Below, piece by piece: positions 20,451-34,089 of a stretch of 64,000 bases of DNA. Within the stretch, counting starts at the first letter, position 1, and every line of letters starts with the position of its first letter. The notes under the pieces were generated by a model. That model was not told where the DNA came from. It searched no databases and worked only from the letters and a program-made list of their open reading frames with translations. This DNA is from the human T2T-CHM13v2.0 reference genome, Homo sapiens, in assembly GCF_009914755.1 (NCBI RefSeq), contig NC_060928.1; one strand, given 5' to 3'. Made by a program: the position numbers and the translations under genes.

Positions 20451-22484
20451 CTTTTCTCTGAGGTTTGTGCAGTTCTGTGGTTCTGAGGGCAGATCCTTAA
20501 ACTGTCAGGATCTCCCTGGCTAACTTATCTATTATTGAAAGGGTCATAGCAGCAGGATCATATTGAAACTGACCTTTGAAAATAACTGCTCTTAATTAAA
20601 AGGAGTATTTGATCCCAAGTAAATCGTCAAGGAGGCTAATTTCATTCACCTTCTTTACTGTTGACCTGCCTCTCAAATGAACTGACAAAGCCAGAACAGC
20701 CCGTTGACTCTGTGCTCTTTAGCTCCCTGTGCCAGAGTTCCTGCGGTTCTCAGGCTGTGTCCTGTCTGGGGTTCAAATAGCAGAGTTGCCTAAGCTCTTT
20801 ATCCTTGTTGACCCAGCCTCTGCTGCGCTCCTTACCTGCCTCATCTCTTGCTAGTCCCCTTCATCCTTCATGTGATGGTAGCACACAGCACACTGTGCTA
20901 TTCCACTTCACACCCCAGGACCTGTGTTCCTGCACTTCCTCTTCCTGGAACAGCTGCTTCTCCCTCCTTCCCCCTTCCCTAGCCCTCACAACTCTCTTTT
21001 ATTTAATCTATCTAATAGCTTCCAAGACTTAATCTGGGACCACCTCCCAGAAGCCTTTTTCTCCAAAGCTGGGCTGAAGGCCCTGGTCTCTGTGTTCTCA
21101 TTCTAAGCCACTCATACCTTGGTGATAGCATGAATCACCTTGCATGTAAATTAGCCACTGTGATAAGCTTTGTGTTTAAATGTACTGTTCATTCTCCCAA
21201 CAGACTCTATCAGGCCTAGGTCTATATCACTTGGAGTCTCAGCACCAAATACAGTGTCTGGTGCATAGTGAGTAGACACATATCTCTTACGAAGGTGCCC
21301 TGATTTGTAATAAATGACAGTTATATTTTCGGGCTTTCTTGACTTCCACAGAGTGTCAGCTTTTGCTTTGCCTTCCTCTGCCCCAAGCTTTTCATATCTC
21401 AGGGATACTTGCATGCCCTGAGAAGTTGGGGCCATAGGGATGGCTCATGTGTCATTGTCCTGCCCTTGTCTACGAGAAGGATGATACAATTATGGAAAAT
21501 AGGTTTGCCTGGTATGGCAGCATCTGAGACAGAGAAGGTAAGTGAATTATCTATATCTATACAATCATCACAGAGCAGGGGAATTGTAGGTGTTGGAGCT
21601 CCTGGCAGAAATCAATGGTTGTTAGGTTATAAAATCACAGGGCCTGTTAGGTGGCAGTGCCTCCAAAGAAGCAGTAAGCTACTTTCTTCCTGGTTGTGCA
21701 ATGTGGGGAGTTTATGGGCACCCCATGTCCGCACCCACCAAGGCTTCATTTCCCTTCACTGAGGTGTGAGCATTCTCCTCCTGGTGCGCGTATGGTGTTG
21801 GACAGCATGGCCTCCCCATAGGGAAGGATGGTAATTGTTGGCAAAGAAAGGCAGTGTGGATATCTAAGTGCTTAAATTATAGTGAGAAGTTTCATTTGAA
21901 AGTAATTGCATGACATAACTAATAAATATTTATAGATGTCGGGGCAAGGGTTATTTCAGAAGGGAGTGGGTTATAGACAGGGAAAGGACATGAAGGAAAC
22001 TTCTGGGTGTTGATAAGTTTATCTATGGAAACCTGGGTGGTGGTTGCATCACTGTCTAAATGTGTAAAAGTATTGTTGAGCCATGCACTGAAGACAGGCG
22101 CACCTATCTACCTTATGGAGAAATGCCATCTTTCGATGTATTTTTAAAAAGAAGTCAACTTGTGAAAGTTTATATACTGTCATTGAAAAAGCAGGGAGGC
22201 AGGAGGCTGATTCTGACACCCTAATAGAAGGGGCTATGACTAAAATGCTGCCTTTGAACTTATGTGCTCATTGGGCTAACACAGATCCATGGAGAAGGCA
22301 TGGGGAAAGCCATGTTGTGGCAAGCATTTGTCTGAGCACCTGTACCCTCTAGCTGCCTTCCAAGGGCTCTTCACCTGGACTACCCAGCATGGGCCCAGGG
22401 GCTTGGGAAATTGTTTCACTTCATCAAATTTTTCCTTGGACTTGAGCTCAAGTAAAGTTCTGACATTAAGTAATCCCCTCTTTT

Positions 22485-22965
22485 AAAAAAAATTGTTGTA
22501 ATATATGTACAGCATAAAATTTGCCATTTTAACTGTGTAATTCAGTGGCATTAATCACATTCATGGTGTTGTGCAACCATCACCATTATATGTTTCTCAA
22601 TTTTTTAAATAATCCCAAACAGAATCCCTGTAACCATTAAGCAGTAACTTTCCACTCTCCCTCCCTCTGCCTCTGGTAACCCCTCATCTACTTTCTCTCT
22701 CTCAAAGTTTGCCTATTGTAGATATTTTAGAAATGGAATCATACAAGATCTGCCATTTTGTGTTTGGCTTATCTCATTTGGTATGTTTTCAAGGTTCATC
22801 TGTGTTGTAGCATGTATCAGAACTTCATTTCTTTTTATGACTAATATTCCATTGGATGCATATGTATGTATATATATACACATTCATTCATCTTTCATCT
22901 GTTGAAGAAACCTGGGTTGTTTCCACATTTTGGCCATTGTGAATAATTTTGCAGTGAATACTGGC
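22485..22965 (-). mobile_element. L1M (L1MB-like) 3' end
   Basis: cataaaatttgccattttaac...attcagtggcatta...aaatggaatcataca...tcaaggttcatc...ttccacattttggccattgtgaataa. Confidence 0.8.
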
Positions 22966-23573
22966 TAAGTAATACTTATAAAAAGTATGTAAAATTTGAA
23001 AATTGTCACCTTTGCAAATTCTTGTTTGTCCTTCAAGTCTCATCTAAAATGTTACCTTCTCTGTGGAACCTACTGTGACCTCCTTCCTCTTGCATTCGCT
23101 GCATTTTGTGCATCGTCTTCCCTTTCTGTAGGCCTGAGGGTAGTAGTGCCTCTTGTCTGAAGATGTGGACTATGCATGTACCCCCAAAACCAAGTCAAAG
23201 GAGCTTAAGAAAGGGAGAGGCTGGTAAATCAAAGAAGTGAGTCTGAAGAGATCATCTGCACAAAGGCAATAAAGGTCTGTCCTAAGGCAAGCAGAGAATA
23301 GGAATTCAAGGATATTAGGATTTGGGAGCAAACCTGACTTTTACTTCTTTGAAAGTGGTGTGGAGCAAACCTAGGGATAGAAATGTCTCCATAAATGCAC
23401 TTATTTATTCCTTATGTTCATACCTTTTACTATACCACATTTCACACACTCACAGGGTCAAATGTATGATGTCAACTTAGAATTTCCAACACTGAGCTTA
23501 GCACCTAATGAGTACTTGAATTCACTGAAATATTGATTCTACTTACTGTGACTGAGCAAATAACAGTGGCTTA

Positions 23574-24000
23574 TGTGCTAAGGTTGAATTCCCTGAGAAA
23601 TAAGTTCTGGAATGGAAATTGATATATAAGTGTTTTATTGGAGAGTGTTCTTGGGGAAAACACTATGAGTATCAGGGAAGCAAAGTTGAGCAGAGAGAGA
23701 AGGTGCATTGTGACACAGTCACAACAGAGGCTTCAGCCAATCCCATGGGAGCTCTGGAGTTGGGACGGTGATTCCTAGTTGGCCGTGCATCTAGGCAAGG
23801 GAGCCAGGGTTTTGCACCTCCTTATGGACTAGTCTCTGGATGCAGGCTGATCCAGGGAGAAATAATATCGTGGGACACAGACCCCTTCAGCCAAGAGCAA
23901 TTCCTACCCCACAATCCTGGCAGCTGGGAGAAGAAGGAGTATTTCCATCCTGAAGGGAGAGATCTAAGTGGCCTACCATGATTAGAATGTGGCTCCACAA
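23574..24000 (-). mobile_element. Old ERVL-type LTR remnant
   Basis: tgtgctaaggttgaattccctgagaaa...aagtgttttattggagagtgttcttggg (antisense polyA signal/U5), cagccaatcccatgggagctctggag. Confidence 0.5.
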
Positions 24001-25937
24001 TTTTGGAGATCCAAGTTCCTTCTGTTTTGTAGATCCATACATCCCTCAAGGTTGCATGATCAATAAGGTTTGTCCCCCCATTTGCATTGCAAGGGAAAGG
24101 GCAGAACATGAACATATTTCTCCTCCTTCTGTCGTTCCTTCAAGTGCTTTCCACTTGGGCATGACCCAAAGGTTACACACGATATTTCCATTGACTTGGC
24201 CGTTGGCCAAAATGCAGTCAGGTAAACACACTTGCAGCAAAAGAGGCTGGGACATCATTTCTTTCTTGTCTGTCTCTATAAAACACAAGTGGAGGAAACC
24301 AAATTATAACAGTAGTTCTTTGGGGTCTTTTTTCATGTCTTATTTTCCATGTTTTCTGGAGTAAGCACATAGAGCTTTTGTAATCTGGATAAATATTATT
24401 AAAATGTATAACAGATATACTTGACTGCTAGGAGAATATGGACCCTTAAAGGGTGATTTTTTTTTTACTGGATTCTGTATCAAATATGGAGACTACAGAG
24501 AGGAAGAAGTTGATAGACAGTTGCCCAAAATGGCTTTAAATAATTTTTTAAATTCATTAACTCTGCAAACACTAACTGAGCGCTCTTCTTGGGCAGGAAA
24601 CCATTTCCTCTATTGCTTTTGTTCAGTTTTCATTGGTCATCACCTCTGTAACTTCCCAAGATCAAAAGTTAGTCACCTACAAGTAGGGTGCTTTTTCAAG
24701 TTAGAAACACTCATGTGTATAATTCTTGGGTCTCAAATGTGCACAGATAACTTTAATAGGTGGTGGGTTCATTATTTATGGTTGCCACTGAATTTAGCAC
24801 GGAGCTGGAACTCGGGAATAAGGTCTGTGCATCTTCGGGAAAGTAGTTGGTTCTGGGGAATTTGGTGGGAGGAGCTGACTTTTCTGCTGTGGCTCCTTTT
24901 ATAGACTGGATTGATGTAGCTGAAAACAGCAGAGGAGTAAAAGGGTAAAAATGTCTCCTTTCTTAAATCTTGCTCCATCTCCTAGCCAGTACACTTGTGT
25001 TCTATGACTTGTTTAGGCAAAGGTACTGTTATGTTCTATCTGTCATAAATCTTCTTGCTTAACTTGATAGTATGTGGTTGGATTAGGAATAATCTAAATT
25101 CTGTATCTGTCTTGAAGTTATCAACAAGCCTGTCATAAATTGTTTTGCCACATGCACATTTAACACATAAATCAACTTTTGAAAAATGTTTAAGCAAACA
25201 CAGAAGTTGAGAGAATGGTATAATGAACCTCATGTAACCTTCATCTGGCTTCAAGAACTGTTAACATTTGCCAGTCTTCCTTCATCTGCCTTTCCCATTT
25301 TTAATTTTTTAGCTGGAAATTTTTAAAGCAAATCCTTCATTGTATCTGAACATCCTACATACATCTTGATAAAAACAGCACAGTTTGTGGGTACCTCTCA
25401 GATTTATTGAGATCTGCCTGTGAAAAGTGTTTTTGATTTTACAGCAGAAATTTCCCTCAAGCCAATAGGTTGCTTGTGCCAAAGCCAATTAATTTACTCA
25501 TTCATAACTGAGAAAAACAGCCCTGTACTGTGGGCAAGTGAGTTGTGCAGCTTTACCTGGCTGTTGCTGGCTGTTTATTTTAATTTGTCTCCATGCACAG
25601 AACATTACTAGCCAGTCCTATCTTGACAACCTTGGATGAACTGAGGGGCCCTTGTCATGGAATTAGGGGACAAAAATCAGCCTTCTTTGCACAAAGGCTA
25701 TCCTCCCAGTTGTTATGATCTAGGACCATAGTCTGTGTTCCTGCAGATTAATGACTATGTCAAAGGTGTCTTTCCCCCGATCTCTAAAGCAGTCAATCAG
25801 GGGCCAATCAGTAAACCTGCCTTTCTGGATGCTAAGTGTCAAGATGCAGAGAGAAATGAGGTTTGGGGTACACCTGATGGCTATCTCAGCCATACTGTGT
25901 AACTTGACGCTGGTCTATAAAATGTTTGTTTTAAAAA

Positions 25938-26718
<781 letters not shown>

Positions 26719-27823
26719 TAAAATATTTTTTAGTGAAAACTGATTTCCCTATTCTGGAATTTAGTGCTTCTTCTTATTTTTGGCATCTTTCATTGGTTGA
26801 GTCCTCTCCTAGCCTGTTATTGTAGAACCTGTAATACTATGTCATTTCTTACAGATCCTGGGCTTTTTCTTTCCCTGACATCTGTGGCCACCACTTGGCA
26901 CAGTGCTTGGGACATCGAATGTGCTTAGTGGATACTTATTAATCAGTGAATGAATGAACACAGTAAAATTAAATGGAAGGGAAACAAAAAGTTGTTCTTT
27001 CCCATGAAATGGTTTAGACGTCAGGCTTGTCTAGATTTGCCCTAGAATGCTTCTCTTGCAAATATCTGGCCCATGTACCCACCTAAATTAACTCAGTATG
27101 GATGAATATAACTATTATTCTTTGTATTTTTGGTCAAGATGCACAACCCATATCTCTTTTGCTGCATTTCTTTCCATAGTTTGAACTTAGTAGTGGCTCA
27201 ACATATGTTCACTATAAATGATTAAATCAGTGCATAAATACATGCATAAGGGAATGATTTCATGAATGAGCCAACTAAGAATATATTCTTTGGTGAGTGA
27301 TCTATTTCTTGGAAACCCTCACTGTTATAGATAATAGGGATAATAGAGAAGCAGAGGGGAACAGGTCATAGTTTATTTTCTCATTCCACAGATATCTGCA
27401 GTTGTGGGCCCTGGCAGTTCAGCAGTAAACCGTTCTTACTTTTAGGGCCTTATCTTCCAGGGAGTGAAGCAGATGTAAACAGAATGGTTTCCAGTTGTTT
27501 TTAGTGCCATGAAGCGAAATGGAAAGCCATGATAGAGAATAATATGGGCCTACATTGGATAGAGTAGTCAGGGAAGACTTGGATGAGGAGGTGGAATCTT
27601 AAGAGTGAGAGGAACTGGGTCAGGAGAAGAAGGGAGAGACTGTGTCAGAGAAAAGAAACCTTTATGGCCACAGGAGAGTATTTTCAAGGAGATGCTAGAA
27701 GACCAATATGACTAAGGACACGTAGGGGATAAGACTGGAGCAAAGTCAGGGGCCTGGCAGACCTGATGAGAAATTTAAGTTTTTTTAGTCAGTGAGATTA
27801 CACTGATGTGTTTTTAGGATGAT

Positions 27824-28175
27824 GTGTTAGTCAGGGTTCTCCAGAGAAACAGAACCAATAAAAGATAGCTAGATAACTAGATAGATAGATAGATAGATAG
27901 GAGATTTATTATGGAGTTGGTTGGTATGGGCAGAAGCTGGATGTCCCAGCTGAAGGAGAGAGAGAGAGAATTTGCCCTTCCTCTGCCTTTTTGTTCTATT
28001 CAGGCCCTCCAAGGATTGGATGATGCCCTCCCTCATTGATCTTGTTTACTGTGTACTCATTCAAATGCTAATTTCTTCTAGAAACATCCTAACAGATACA
28101 CCCAAAAAGAATACTTTCCAGGTATCTGGGCATCCCTTAGCCCAGTCACATTGACACATAAAATTAACCATGACA
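27824..28175 (-). mobile_element. MLT2-type ERVL solo LTR containing a (GATA)n tract
   Basis: tgtgttagtcagggttctccagagaaacagaaccaata ... tctgggcatcccttagcccagtca...aaaattaaccatgaca. Confidence 0.85.
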
Positions 28176-28584
28176 TATGAGAATGGTATGATCTGGTTGC
28201 TGTAGGCAAAATTGTTGGGGGGCATGTCTGGAAGAGGACTGTTCTGTGCGGGACTGCCAGAGCTTCAGCCCAGCTAAGAGGTGAGAGTGCCCTGGACCAG
28301 AGGTGGCAGAGGAGCCCAAGAGATGTGGACAGCTTAAAGATTCATTTTGGAGATAAGAGATTGCTTTCCTCATCTCCCATGTTTAGTCTGCTTATACCTA
28401 TTTTTATTTTGTTAGCTCTTAAGTCACTTCCTCAAGGCCTGCAAAATCTGTTGTTGGCAGTTGTCGCTCACTGCAATTTTTATGAATAATTTTCCCCAGT
28501 ACTGTGCCAGATTTTCAGCATTCATTCAATGGACGGTAGCTATGGCAAACTCCTATTCCCTCTAACTCATGAACCTACAAGATA

Positions 28585-28896
28585 TCTCCCCCTCCCTTCT
28601 CTCCCCTCCCCTCTCCTCCCCTCCCCTCCCCTTCCCCTCTCCTCTCTTCCCCTCCCCTTCCCCTCTCCTCTCTTGCCCTCCCCTTCCCCTCTCCTCTCTT
28701 CCCCTCCCCCTCTCCTCTCTTGCCCTCCCCTTCCCCTCTCCTCTCTTCCCCTCCCCCTCTCCTCTCTTCCCCTCCCCTTCCCCTCCCCTCTCTTCCCCTC
28801 CCCTTCCCCTCCCCTCTCTTCCCCTCCCCTTCCCCTCCCCTCCCCCCTCCTCTCCTCTCTTCTCTTCCTCTCTCTCTCCCTTCTCTCTCTCTCTCA

Positions 28897-28946
<50 letters not shown>
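28585..28946. repeat. About 315 bp CT-rich polypyrimidine array followed by (CA)22
   Basis: Repeated CCCCTCCCCTT/CTCCTCTCTT units at 28585-28902; CA repeat at 28903-28946. Confidence 0.95.
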
Positions 28947-28947
<1 letters not shown>

Positions 28948-31029
28948 GTTGTATTTATGTTAATATTTTACCAAATGAAGTATGATAATTCTGTCCATCC
29001 TGGTTTCTCCTCTCTTGGACTCTTAAGAAATCTGATTGATTTTGGAGAATACACACACAGAGAGAGGGGAACTATCTCAGAAGGGTCTATGCTTGAAATA
29101 CAGCACACTAGGCTACCCTAAAGCTCTCTTTTTGTGCATAGAGGGTAGAAAGTTTGGGGTATATCTGGAAATATGCTCACATGTGCTGTGATTTGTTCAA
29201 CCTATTCTGAATTGGAGAAGAGTAGACTATGCATTTCCCAAGTTCAATACAGTTCATTACGTGAGCATTGCATCACCAAGCCAGGAGTGGACAGTTGCAG
29301 ACTGTGTGGACATGGATCATCAAGTGCATACTGTTTGTCGTATGATATCTGATTGAAACCTAGGTTCTGACCTAGCTCCTGGATCTTGTCTAATGGCAGA
29401 TCTGAGAGAATTACTCTGTAGAATGTTTGGATCCACTGTCATTCTGGCCCTACTCTTGAGATTGCAGAGAGTTAGCCCCAGAATCAGTCAAACCAGTCTT
29501 CCCAGAGGTACTGAAACAAATGTTGATCCAGCACTGTTCCAAACCCAGAGCCACCCACTTGTCACCTGTGGGAGAGGACAAGAAACCAATTTGTTTGGGA
29601 GATTAGTGAGAAGGTGACACATGTAGTTTGCTTGCATCCAAATATTCTGAGTCTGCCTTCTCTGTGTGATTTTCCAAATATAAAATGTGATATTTCTTAG
29701 AAAATGATCATTAAAACAAATTCTTTATCCTTTCAATTCACAAAAGATGACCTTGAAGTTTACAAAAGACACATTTCTTTCTATTCTTATAGAGGGAACA
29801 TGGTGTATTTTAGGGTTCATTTTCCCTAATAGAGGATTTCAGCTCCAGTATAATTCAGGAAATGCTTCTATGGTAATTACATTCTTTTGCTGGTTTTTTT
29901 CTTTCTCATCTTGGAGATAATTTTATTTTTTCATGCTATAAACCAAATGCTATTTAATGTTCTTATTAGGGAAGATCTATTAATATATCAGTGAATTGCA
30001 GCCCTACTTATACATCTATTATCAGACTGAATTACTTATTTGCTTAAGAATGAAGTTCTACCTCATTTAAGGCCATTTTTGTCTTTTAGCAAATGAATTC
30101 TATTTGAATTTTCATGAGTATGTTTTATTTCACACCAAAGACCTATTATTTTAGAAAATAAAAATATTAAAACTTTTTTAAGACAACAAAAAATGTATTA
30201 TCTGCTTATAAACAGTGGAAGTAGAACCACAAATAATATATTTCCTAATTGCTTTTTCTTTTAGACATAGCAACAATTGATCATGTGTAATGTAGATATC
30301 AGCCAGTTTCTAGGACAGATAGTATATATTACTAAACAAAAGTGTATTTTAAAAAAGCTTTGAAAAGAGCCACCTGCCAGACCAGATTGATTAAGCATCT
30401 AAATAACATGTTGAATTTAAAATATATTTGTGTAAGATACCTGTTTCATCCTTGAGAAACAATAATAAACTTTGTTGAGAAGGTTGAGTTTTCTCCAGAG
30501 TTTACTTAAGATGTCAGGATAAGTAATTGCCTTGCTGCTACAAATTTGGAACTTAACATTTTGTTGGGCCTATTTTTGCTGCCACTCCATAGATAATATA
30601 TTTCATGAAGGTTTTTTTCATTGGCAGAAGTTAGTTCCTTTTGTTTTCTCTGCAGAAAAAAACTTGTTTTGCTCTGTGATAGGCAGGTATCCAAGTACTA
30701 ATACTTTTCTTTTCAGTCTAGAATCAGGTAATGAAGGCCCATCATTCTCACCGACAGAGGAGATGACAGTCTTGCTCATCCCATATCCTCTAGTACAGCT
30801 CAAGGACAGGAACAGGAGCTGGAATTTTATCAGCAGGCTCAAGAGTCAGAGGGCAGTAGTGATGTGGATTGGAGTAGATGATTAACTCTTTGAAGACTCC
30901 TCTCATTTTATCATCTCCAAATTGACCAGAATCTTTAACACTGTTCCCTCATTTATCCCTTTGAATGATACAGACACAATCTATTTTGTTGATTCACATT
31001 TTCTTCTGCTTTTTCTGATGCAGTAGATT

Positions 31030-31300
31030 AGACGTTCATGGACTATAGCTTGTGGGCCAAATTCAGTCTATGGCTGGTCAAATTCAGCCAAGAATGGATT
31101 TTACATTTTTAAATGGCTTAAAAAATCATAAAAGTATTTTGTGACACATGAAAATGATATGTCAGTTCCCCCAAGTAAAGGTTTATTGGAACATAGACCT
31201 GCTGATTTATTTACATACTGTCTGTGGCTTTTTCTCTACAACGTTGACAAAGTTGAGTTTACATAGTTGAGTAGTTACAAGAGACCAAATGGCCCACAAT
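31030..31300 (+). mobile_element. MER58-like hAT-Charlie element
   Basis: gtgggccaaatt...aagaatggattttacatttttaaatgg...ttattggaacatag...gagaccaaatggcccaca. Confidence 0.65.
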
Positions 31301-31707
31301 GTCGAGGTTGAGACAAGTCCAGGCAGTTCTAAAAAAATATGTTGTCTACTATGAGTATAGCTACAGTCTTGTTCTTACCTGTAGTGGCGATTTTTCTGTA
31401 TTGTGGAAAAGGAACCAAATGGAGAAAATTTCTCATGTTCTGTATAATCTAATTTCATTAATAGAACAATCAAAGCAACAAAATATTACAGTCCATTCAG
31501 ACAGTAAATCTTCTAATCTGAAGGTGTGAGACTAGAGCAGCCTTTGATTGTACCTACTCTCTCTCTAGCCATTTTATTTAGCAGCTCATCTCAAGAATAC
31601 AGACATTTCTTATCAATGTTACTATGAAAATTTCAAGAATACTAGTAGCATTTTTTTCTTTTTCTTTCTTTTTAAAGAAATTAACACGTTTATTAAAAAA
31701 TAATACA

Positions 31708-31990
<283 letters not shown>

Positions 31991-33991
31991 TAATACATAA
32001 CCAGTTATGTTTTTTAACTCAAGAAATGGTAATATAGAATTTATTATAAAGGCTAAATATATCAAATTTCTTTCATGTTCTCCATTAGTATTGTAAGATT
32101 TTTTTCCTCCTCTGTAAAACATCTTTACTTATTATAAATACTGTACGTACACAAAGCTAACTTGATGGTAAACAACTTCTGGGCTGATTAATTGATAGTT
32201 GAAGTAGAATTACCCGAGGGTTTTTTGGCATATGTATTAGAAACTTTAAAAAATTTGCATATGTTCTGTCTTTATTTATGCAGATCATCTAAGTAAGATG
32301 CCATTTTCCATGTTTATAAGATCTAACTGTTATCTCAGAAATAAACCAGTTGGTATGCCTTAGAAGGGACCCTCATTCTCCAAATACTGTTATTTTCTAC
32401 AAATATACATGGATCCTTGCCAAGCTTCATTTCATTCTTTGCATTGTGTGGCTCACCGTCCTCCCATTTTTAGAAGGGGCTCTTATTAAACCACCTTGTG
32501 TGTGTTGAACAGTGTGATTCAGGGACATATTGTCCTACAAAGAGTTTTGCAGCAAACCCTGCTTTGCTAATGAATACTTCCTCTTTCCTACATTTGACAT
32601 GAGGCTTTTGGACAAGGTCACAACACCCCTGTAAGTCCCATATTGTATGTCAGTCATGGGGCCAAAAATGAATAAAGACTGAAATAGTATATTTTGGATG
32701 AAGCCTAGGAAACAAATTATAGTGTTCACTCTGTCTTTAATGGAATCATTCCTCAACCGTACTGGAAGTCTCAGGTTTATCCTCAGTGTGACCAGATAGA
32801 ACTTTCCCTGTTAACAGTGGGTGTCATTAGCCTCGTATAAGGTCTGGAAGAATACAGGTGAGCAGGGCAGAGCCGTGGAGCTCTGCCCCCCTGGAGCTCT
32901 GCCCTGGTTCAATCTGGACTATGTATTAATGGGCTCAAGGCACTGGTTGATTCTGCTCAGCTCTGGAAGAGTTACGGAGTTATCAAGCCAGAATTTGGGA
33001 GGACTCCTGTGGAATCTATTGGAACACCACAGTGGGATTCACTAGGATTCTGGCACTGGTCAGCAAGTTTTCATGGTCCAGTTATTCAAAGTTGCTTGCT
33101 GCCCCCCTCTCCCGTTGCTGTCCACTGTGTGGTCTCCTGCTTATTTCATGCGTGTGCATTTCATCTCACCGATGAGCCCATGAACTTCCCCAGAAACTCA
33201 TTGTCTTCTATTTCCGTAACAGCTCCTAACCACTAGTCGGGCTTTGCACACAGCGACTTCTCCGTAAATGTTGACTGCAGGGCAGAAAGAAAGGCTAAAA
33301 GTTCTTAGGAGAATGTTTGCCTTTGCATGTATATGCTGGCGATGCTAATAAGTCCCAGCTAGACCTGGCAGTGAGTAAGTTCAGGGGTGGCAATTTAATT
33401 TTCTTGCTATTAGTAAAACAAACAGTAGGTGGGATGGGTGGTAAGCTTAAATATCTCTGACGCGCCATTTAAACCATCCATCCCACCTGTGGGTTGTCTG
33501 CAGCCTGCTCTTTTGTTGCGGTGGGTCTCCTAATTTGCTTTTCAGTCCCTTTCATCTTATCATTGTTCTCAAAGGCACAGCTCTGCAAACCACATAGAGG
33601 CCTTTCAACTTCCGCTGCATTTTGTTTTATTCAGCCAATTGACTAGTACTGTCAGCTAATTGGATTGGAAATGTAAAATGAAAGCTGTATTATTCAGCTG
33701 CCAAGCCTCCTCACTTGGCAGGGAGTGGGTGATGCTGGTAATTGTACCAGAAGTGTAATTGCTCTGGGTTCTGCCTCTGGATTTAACAATGAACCCTGGG
33801 AGGGTCTTCCTCTGAGACACTTGATACCTGCTTCTTTTCGGTGGCTTCCTGGCAAACAGTGAGGCTGGAAGCAAATCGAGTGAAGCATTTTTGTGTTGTT
33901 AGAGAATACAACCAGTGTGTATTTTGCTGACTGCGGGAGTGGATTGCTTGGTCTGAGTACTGAGTCAGTATGTCATTCCCATCAGAACTGT

Positions 33992-34089
33992 CAGTTAATT
34001 TCCTCTTGGTTTGGAATGGGGATGGGCTCCGCATCCCTGGCAGTTAATTTCCTCTTGGTTTGGAATGGGGATGGGATCCACATCCCTGG
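33992..34089. repeat. Tandem duplication, 2 x 49 bp
   Basis: CAGTTAATTTCCTCTTGGTTTGGAATGGGGATGGG(C/A)TCC(G/A)CATCCCTGG twice, 2 mismatches. Confidence 0.95.

Noticed and set aside
28529-29121. Overlapping 127-144 aa Pro/Ser/Leu- or Gly/Glu/Arg-rich ORFs
   Set aside because: Artefacts of the stop-free CT and CA repeats.
33992-34089. Direct repeats as a CRISPR-like array
   Set aside because: Only two abutting copies, no spacers, eukaryotic intron.
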